The notes under the pieces are model-generated. The model searched no databases. It had not been told where the DNA came from and saw nothing but the letters and a program-made list of their open reading frames with translations. From positions 162,204 to 226,203 of the forward strand of contig NW_013657627.1 in NCBI RefSeq assembly GCF_000142905.1: a stretch of 64,000 nucleotides of DNA, read 5' to 3'. The stretch comes from Thecamonas trahens ATCC 50062 (lineage: Eukaryota; Protista; Apusomonadida). This document shows positions 60,201 through 64,000 of the stretch, in pieces (position 1 is the stretch's first letter; every line of letters begins with the position of its first letter). Made by a program: the position numbers and the translations under genes.

Positions 60201-60816
60201 GAACGAGGTCCGGGCCGAGATCAGAGCCTGCGGCGACGGACCAAGCCGGCGACTTGAAGACGTGGCGGTAGAGAGCAGCAGCGCGTGCCGGCGAGGCGGC
60301 CCAAAAGGCAGCGAGCTCAAGGCGGCCGTGGCGCGAGTCGAGGGCCGAGGTAAAGGCGGTGAGAGCGCCCAGGAGCTCGTGGGTGGCTTGCTCGTCGAGT
60401 GGGGCGCCTTGCTGCGGAGCGGAGCGAGCAGCAAGGCGATGTGTGGGCGGAAGTAGGAGGGAGTAGATGGATCGCCAATACGGCGAGGCCGGCGGAGGCT
60501 CCGGGCCATCATCGTGGTCTTGCCACAGCAGCAGATCGAGGACGAGTTCGTTTGCGCGGCGATGAAGGTGATCATGGTTTGTGTCTGGAAAGAGGTGGTG
60601 AAGGAGAGCCAGAGCAAAGGCCGAGAGATGTGCTGGAGAGGGAGCCGAGGGCGAAGACGACCATGCGACCGGGACGGAGAAGACAAGCGATTCTAGCAGG
60701 GCGTGTGCCTCTGGCGAGTTGTCGAGGTGTGGGCGAGCGGCATGGAGTTGACCTGCGGCGAGGTGGTTGACTGCGAGCTGGAGTGCGGTCGCACGTGGGT
60801 GTCCGTACCCATCCAT
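54229..60816 (-). CDS. ZFYVE26: Spastizin (ZFYVE26/SPG15)-like, AP-5-associated
   Basis: LIVETLLMN, W.L....D.EVR..YY..APN, LVREDRMQLAIDVATKTG.D...W..WG, FYLGKYG, LYELQVFMGDHVRAALSCI, GKYKAAYLLAVK. Confidence 0.82.
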   Translation of the reverse strand: MDGYGHPRATALQLAVNHLAAGQLHAARPHLDNSPEAHALLESLVFSVPVAWSSSPSAPSPAHLSAFALALLHHLFPDTNHDHLHRRANELVLDLLLWQDHDDGPEPPPASPYWRSIYSLLLPPTHRLAARSAPQQGAPLDEQATHELLGALTAFTSALDSRHGRLELAAFWAASPARAAALYRHVFKSPAWSVAAGSDLGPDLVHAATAASAALQDVYATAALDGLTLDSLHRLRHVAWDLVAPATSAVLVNALVALALDGPPSALAAVQMALLALDAPDLLAAFEAKTSLDSRTAPALHAVLDAPAAPHQPAVWLALYEHVTVSERHVLDVVLDLALAAAGTANWPLLARLASLFPCLASLFLVLGWDVVQAPAARSALLAALAHVLDTDLSAAPLPLPAPSLAGAVASLVFRLRIVDALPSAPSLDLLDLLAHHSPLYALAAALDLPAAEKLVVDLLDAAPGPAVLPASASCVADGTWAHAFYALFHGLSILSSSTSDSSVATAALSNHLDALAPAHPLLLSVCEALYLLVFAPALALAPAFDGRTAIASRELLDALVAHLPPVLARLAANLRTTAGPPALVARTRWLIGQLASLTQRLAIAAPAGDDAELVARVLAPPRDLVSMCIRLGAYDKARDVIASFDLGDDLAALVTRAELIDSAASSLAAGSHVDASTWLALDDLSAALDLAVAASEPALARATLAHTRTSFSASAAVLDVVLAAGLAPDSLDAPWHAPDAASAADALAASDRTRAILVELDGTRLAAASPAQASALAAANQRDLASLIARGEHLATPPLVAVAAALDPDAVNQDAAKVLADQLNIPVAVAALAALEQSLGLPSGATAASLGCRGLPDELSLTPSLMTWLSTIASPLAALAAAHLLPLALDTSGHLEPSELAAAIDALPDSVLKRWVLARARSLAVFAGVFLETPIDLHAQYGQILWPGADDELEVESEPEPDFDSEPEPEPEPEPESDMGDDSSNWGSPAAVPTKPPQPQPQPVALKRGRTWWKRRRKSSKDVAGVAAGVAASMTYAAGSPASPVSPAGANSLPAGLDAATLFASTRATHSEVSSVSETSGSVSVSVSPRRAGGLDADVMDDFDPLNSTLGGGDDELELELAATRSTTGRFMFRALVATRDADGELRVPPGLQKSRLATGSDHRRISAADVARIRTQVSVDGCGDEPALYSRLVDQLLVEGAYDDALALANATLPGGAPDTVLRAFIKYSADMPAVAAAVLQLRDKAAAAVVVLEHIKQWDIDTGVDLLRKLVAWGQSAPECMAADAAAALQSKYDELKLVQAVMRAGVALPRNSLRVKWLALASRMESSPQAVVEELVSLESGEFELARQVASRYGALNMMASIERDSIAALLGEGKFSAAMHQLNAMHDSGVSAARFLIDSVAGLLAKHRLYLVDFLLQTPPELGVTPKERARLEQRKLGIRVLSLMSETQQRRFASLEDSPALIVETLLMNEEVASLSAVFSALGAELGSQQGLIMTYALKALALPTDDAAAAARVRKRWALRGNPAADDEVRGGHYYASAPNLQLGKALFSLCPDVADAAHAVVGVCEGLSEQLRRVEAVPIATPDADADGGPAVLTRVQAASMPANVIDLVQRLLMFAKSLFTRLYADALEAGSTAFDPEGVSMCDSYLSYVELMKQMFAAGCTTRASLRDFGNPTSVRLVVDALVREDRMQLAIDVATKTGLDPSTTWARWGLNLIRLGNYEEARRKLRFCLARPGGTSPSKRQASGAGEASRTLTEVLATLERPAPLSLEFLEVAMYTFVGEPRPGAMGQFFAQSAELNAPVSAYSNLNSVRLAEARFYLGKYGTPVAEIEFLMRHGLLRDALNVVVASADVPPLAFVKHVVEHVVEFGRLDEMQTIMRDIDPSLNEFTELLVASCAYLSKHAKPVALYELQVFMGDHVRAALSCIHLFLHAPSARAQYGHMERAVGHFEAALAQRDALRAAQRQAKMASAVAAGGELGFSISRPVDTHDPTDQIMDKATMTQNVRRGRLQLEILAHYAETNEAAPYNLFGRTKERCQLAEELLVRDAFSLASRIMAEFSLPSVRILSYSAARMAASGSGNAVKSVDKLLRNIKGTVPDAEWNAVLLAVIQTFASQGKVKVAEKYVKQAIGVATAVSGYIECGKYKAAYLLAVKHHDVDEVRRLRQYAVAAEPKIANLCDKYLAQHL

Positions 60817-60989
60817 ACCCCCCTTGGGTGTGTGGGGAATGTGTTTGTGTGTGTGTGTGTGTGGGGGGGGGGGGGGGGATGGAGGTGGTGGTGGGGTGGT
60901 GAGGTGGTGCGTGACTTGTGTCTTCCGAGTTTGCCTTTGCCTTTGCCTTTGACTCGCCTAGACTTCCATCAGATCGGGTTGAGGAGGGG

Positions 60990-61085
60990 GTGATGGTGAT
61001 GGTGATGGTGATGGTGATGGTGATGGTGATGGTGATGGTGATGGTGATGGTGATGGTGATGGTGATGATGATGATGATGATGATG
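60990..61085. repeat. (GTGATG)n/(GAT)n microsatellite
   Basis: Directly visible. Confidence 0.95.
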
Positions 61086-61222
61086 AATCGTCAGGGGAGA
61101 ATTGGTGGTTAATCGTGTCTGGGGAATGGTGGTTCGTATGGTCGTATGGTGGTGCTGGTGTCAAATAGTGGTCATTCGGGTGGGGTTGGGGGGGGGGGGG
61201 GGGGTTATGTGGCGGAAGGGCG

Positions 61223-61322
61223 NNNNNNNNNNNNNNNNNNNNNNNNNNNNNNNNNNNNNNNNNNNNNNNNNNNNNNNNNNNNNNNNNNNNNNNNNNNNNN
61301 NNNNNNNNNNNNNNNNNNNNNN
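61223..61322. other. Assembly gap (100 N)
   Basis: Run of N. Confidence 0.99.
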
Positions 61323-62082
61323 GTAGTGTGTGTGTGGTGGGGGTGGGGGGGGGTTATTGGTGGCGAAAAAGGGCGTCTGGCCAACAGTGACAGACGTTCA
61401 GCCACCTGGCTCTTCGTTACCTGTTGGGTACGTTGCTTTATGGGTGGTTAATTGAAGGGTTGGAGGTGGAGTGGGGAAGGGAGAAGGGGGGGGAGAGGGG
61501 GGCGGTGGGGAGAGAGGGCGGGGGGGGGGGGGAGAGTGCGGCGGGGAGGGGGCGGAGAAGAAGGGGTATGAGGAGAGAGGGAAGGGGAAAAGGGAAGGGG
61601 GAGGGGAGAAGGGACATGGTCAGGAAGGGTTGGGAGATGGTGGTGGTGTAGTTGGTGGTGTCTGGGTGGTGCGAGAGCGAGTCAGAGAGAGAGTCTGTCT
61701 CGCTGGCTGTGGAACGGGACGTCGGTCGTGCGTGTCTGGTTGACGAGCCTTTTCCCAATGTTGTTGCTTCATTGCGAATGGGGGTCTGCAACGGGCGCGG
61801 CGGGGGTTGTGGAGCGGGTGAGAAGGCAAGGAGAGCAACCATTGTGGTACCATTATGCTCAGAGTTTTGTGGTGGATGTGGTAGAGGTGTTGGCTGGAGG
61901 AGAGCGGGAGGTAGCGGGCTTGGAGACGTTGCTCAAGGCATGTCGTGCCTGGCCGGTTGGAGGGCGTTCTGTAATTTTGCGGCGGCTGAGCGGGGCGGCG
62001 AGGCAGCGGATGGAGAAGGCGGCAGAGGGCGTGGGTGACTCACGGAGCGTGGGCGGGAGGGGTGTAGTGTAAGTGTAACGAG

Positions 62083-63066
62083 ATGGGCAAGCTTCTCTCC
62101 AAGTTCCAGGGCTCTATGCCGCCGTCTGAGGTGTTTGTGGACTTTGCCAACGCGGCGCCGCAGACGGACGCCGAGCGGGCGGTGTTTGAGCCAGTGCAGG
62201 CGGTCATTGACGAGGCGGACCAGATTCTGCAGTCGCTGCTTACGTACGAGGGGTGTGGCGAGCTGATCCGCGAGGCTATTGTGAACCCGTCGGACGCGTC
62301 GACGGCTGCGGCGTGGCAGGCTGTCATTCCGCAGGTGCATCTGCTCCGGCAGTTCTACGAGTTCTCGGTCACGCTCACGGGCGTCATTCCGAGCCTGCTG
62401 CAAGCGCTGTGCGAGCCCGGGAATGCAGAGGACACGCTGGTGGCGATGCAGTCATTGACTCGCCAGCTGGCGGACATCATGAACTTTGTGCTCCGCTTCG
62501 ACGACTCGAAGATGACCAACCCGGCGATCCAGAACGACTTTTCGTTCTACCGGCGGACGCTGAACAAGATGAAGATGACGGACCCGAATGTCGAGGTGCC
62601 GATCAAGGACGACCTCGCCAACAAGATGTCGCTCTTCTACGCCTACCCGACGCCCATGATGAAGTGCTTGTCGGAGACGACGGTCTCGTTTGTGTCCAAC
62701 AACTCGCTCCCGCGGGAGTCGGTCACCGAGCTCTTTGCCACCATGGCCAACGCGTGCTACTCGATGGTCCAGCTCGACAAGTTCAACGACCCCGCCGACA
62801 CGGTCAACCAGGACCGGCTCAACATGTTCTGCCTCCGCGCCCTCACGGCCTCGATCATCATCTATGACCACTCGGACCCCATCGGCGCCTTCCACAAGAA
62901 GTCGCCCATCCACATCCGCGCCGCCATCCAGACCCTCAAGGAGTTCCAGCCGGTCAACCCAGGCGACCACACCGAGACCGAGTCACTCATCAACGCCCTG
63001 CGCTTCACCACGGTCCATCTCAACGACGAGGGTGTGCCCTCTGCTGTGCAGGCCCTTCTCGAATGA
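62083..63066 (+). CDS. CYRI: CYRI/FAM49 Rac-binding regulator
   Basis: MGKLLS myristoylation-type start, VFVDFANAAP, KMTNPAIQNDFSFYRRTL, LANKMSLFYA.PTPM, YDH..P.GAF, LINALRFTT.HLNDE. Confidence 0.93.
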   Translation: MGKLLSKFQGSMPPSEVFVDFANAAPQTDAERAVFEPVQAVIDEADQILQSLLTYEGCGELIREAIVNPSDASTAAAWQAVIPQVHLLRQFYEFSVTLTGVIPSLLQALCEPGNAEDTLVAMQSLTRQLADIMNFVLRFDDSKMTNPAIQNDFSFYRRTLNKMKMTDPNVEVPIKDDLANKMSLFYAYPTPMMKCLSETTVSFVSNNSLPRESVTELFATMANACYSMVQLDKFNDPADTVNQDRLNMFCLRALTASIIIYDHSDPIGAFHKKSPIHIRAAIQTLKEFQPVNPGDHTETESLINALRFTTVHLNDEGVPSAVQALLE

Positions 63067-63574
63067 TTCTCTGACGCACGATGTTCCAGAAACGAATGAA
63101 ATGCAAATAGGCGTGTAGCATCCCCCCCGCCCCCTCTCTTTCTCTTACACACCGCCTTTGCCTTCCTCGATCAGGCCCCATCTGCCTCGATCAGGCTAGC
63201 AATTAGGCTACCACTCAGACCCTCGATCAAGCCCCGATCGAGGCGCGATGATAGCTGCAGATCGCCAGCCACGATCATGAACTCATTCCGAGTCTTATCA
63301 TCGCCTGCCAGCTTGCTGCCTTGTACATATCCCGCTGCTTGGCCAACCGATAGAGTTGCAACGCCAAGCATCCGCCACGACAAAGTGGCCAAGGTCGCCG
63401 ACTCGCCAAAAAAAAAATATATGGCTTTTCGGCTCGTCAGGCCGACGACGTTCGCAAGTAACCGACGACAGGGCGTGTTCCTCCCCCGCCCCACCGCTGG
63501 TGGTGTGGCCAAGGGTAAGAGACTCGCGTCTGCAAATACACCGCACTCTCTCAGTTGTACAACGATTGTAGAGT

Positions 63575-64000
63575 ATGGCTACTGACAACACAGTCCAGCA
63601 GCTTGCCGGAGCCGTCCTCCCGACGGCCCTCCGTGAGCTTCTTGGAGCACAGGGCCAAATCAAGGAGATCGCAGAGTACTTTGAGCAAGCGTACGCAGCC
63701 GATGCCGACAAGAACAAGGTCTTTTCAGAGACGCAGGTCTACACCAAGAATGCTCTTGGCAACGTTGCCTTTCATGTCAATGTTGTGGGCTCGCACATGG
63801 TCTCCTTCCTCAACAAGCAGTTTGATGAGCTCGATACCATGCAGCTCCAGTTTGACGCCGTCATGTCGAGGCTGAACAACGCTCGCTATACCCTTGGCCT
63901 CTCGAACTTGTCCTCCTACCTCGCTCCTCGCATCTACAAGACTCGCCCGGTCTCTACTCCTCTCAAGGGCGATGCCGTTCCCGAGGGCGCTCGCATGCTT
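63575..64000 (+). CDS. ABI: Abl interactor (Abi), WAVE regulatory complex subunit; 5' part, truncated by the window
   Basis: Not on the ORF track (no stop in window). MATDNTVQQLAGAVLPTALRELL..IAEYFEQAY..DADKNKVFSETQVYTKNALGNVAFHVN..FLNKQ..L..M aligns by eye with the Abi N-terminus (IP....L..VADYCENNY..DK.KALEETK.YTTQSLASVAYQIN). Confidence 0.85.
   Translation, partial: MATDNTVQQLAGAVLPTALRELLGAQGQIKEIAEYFEQAYAADADKNKVFSETQVYTKNALGNVAFHVNVVGSHMVSFLNKQFDELDTMQLQFDAVMSRLNNARYTLGLSNLSSYLAPRIYKTRPVSTPLKGDAVPEGARML

Noticed and set aside
61728-62072. ORF upstream of CYRI
   Set aside because: Atypical codon usage, no recognisable domain and an unclear start. It cannot be excluded as an exon linked across the gap, but support is too weak to call.

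Overview
A GC-rich (roughly two-thirds GC by eye), very gene-dense eukaryotic nuclear window with three 100-N assembly gaps. Introns are few, short, GT-AG and confined to 5' ends. IFT54 (flagellum), a Hippo/MST kinase with SARAH domain, vezatin, CYRI and Abi point to a flagellated amorphean protist; an apusomonad such as Thecamonas is my guess and is not proven. About 28 protein-coding genes are supported: RUVBL2, a TGL2-like lipase, PPIL2, MST/Hippo, two mitochondrial carriers, a histidine acid phosphatase, TMEM222/RTE1, a PHD+RING protein, IFT54, ATG9, an ABCG half-transporter, LSM12, USP14, an ANK-WW-coiled-coil protein, a Cys-rich nuclear protein, vezatin, ZFYVE26/spastizin, CYRI/FAM49, a partial Abi and several orphans. 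The most notable items: (1) a 1.9-kaa non-RD kinase + Apaf-1-type NB-ARC + WD40 protein (NLR/apoptosome-like with a kinase in place of CARD) with degenerate nucleotide motifs; (2) a head-to-head pair of paralogous LRR/Cys-rich/multi-pass membrane receptors with C-terminal coiled coils sharing a ~230-bp promoter; (3) a ~160-bp island of about 22% GC flanked by TCACATG boxes and a hairpin cluster; (4) a spliced 66-aa membrane microprotein overlapping a receptor gene antisense; (5) CYRI directly next to Abi; (6) a 20-bp minisatellite in a divergent promoter. No rRNA, tRNA, CRISPR or intact transposon was recognised. All family assignments come from motif recognition by eye, not database searches.
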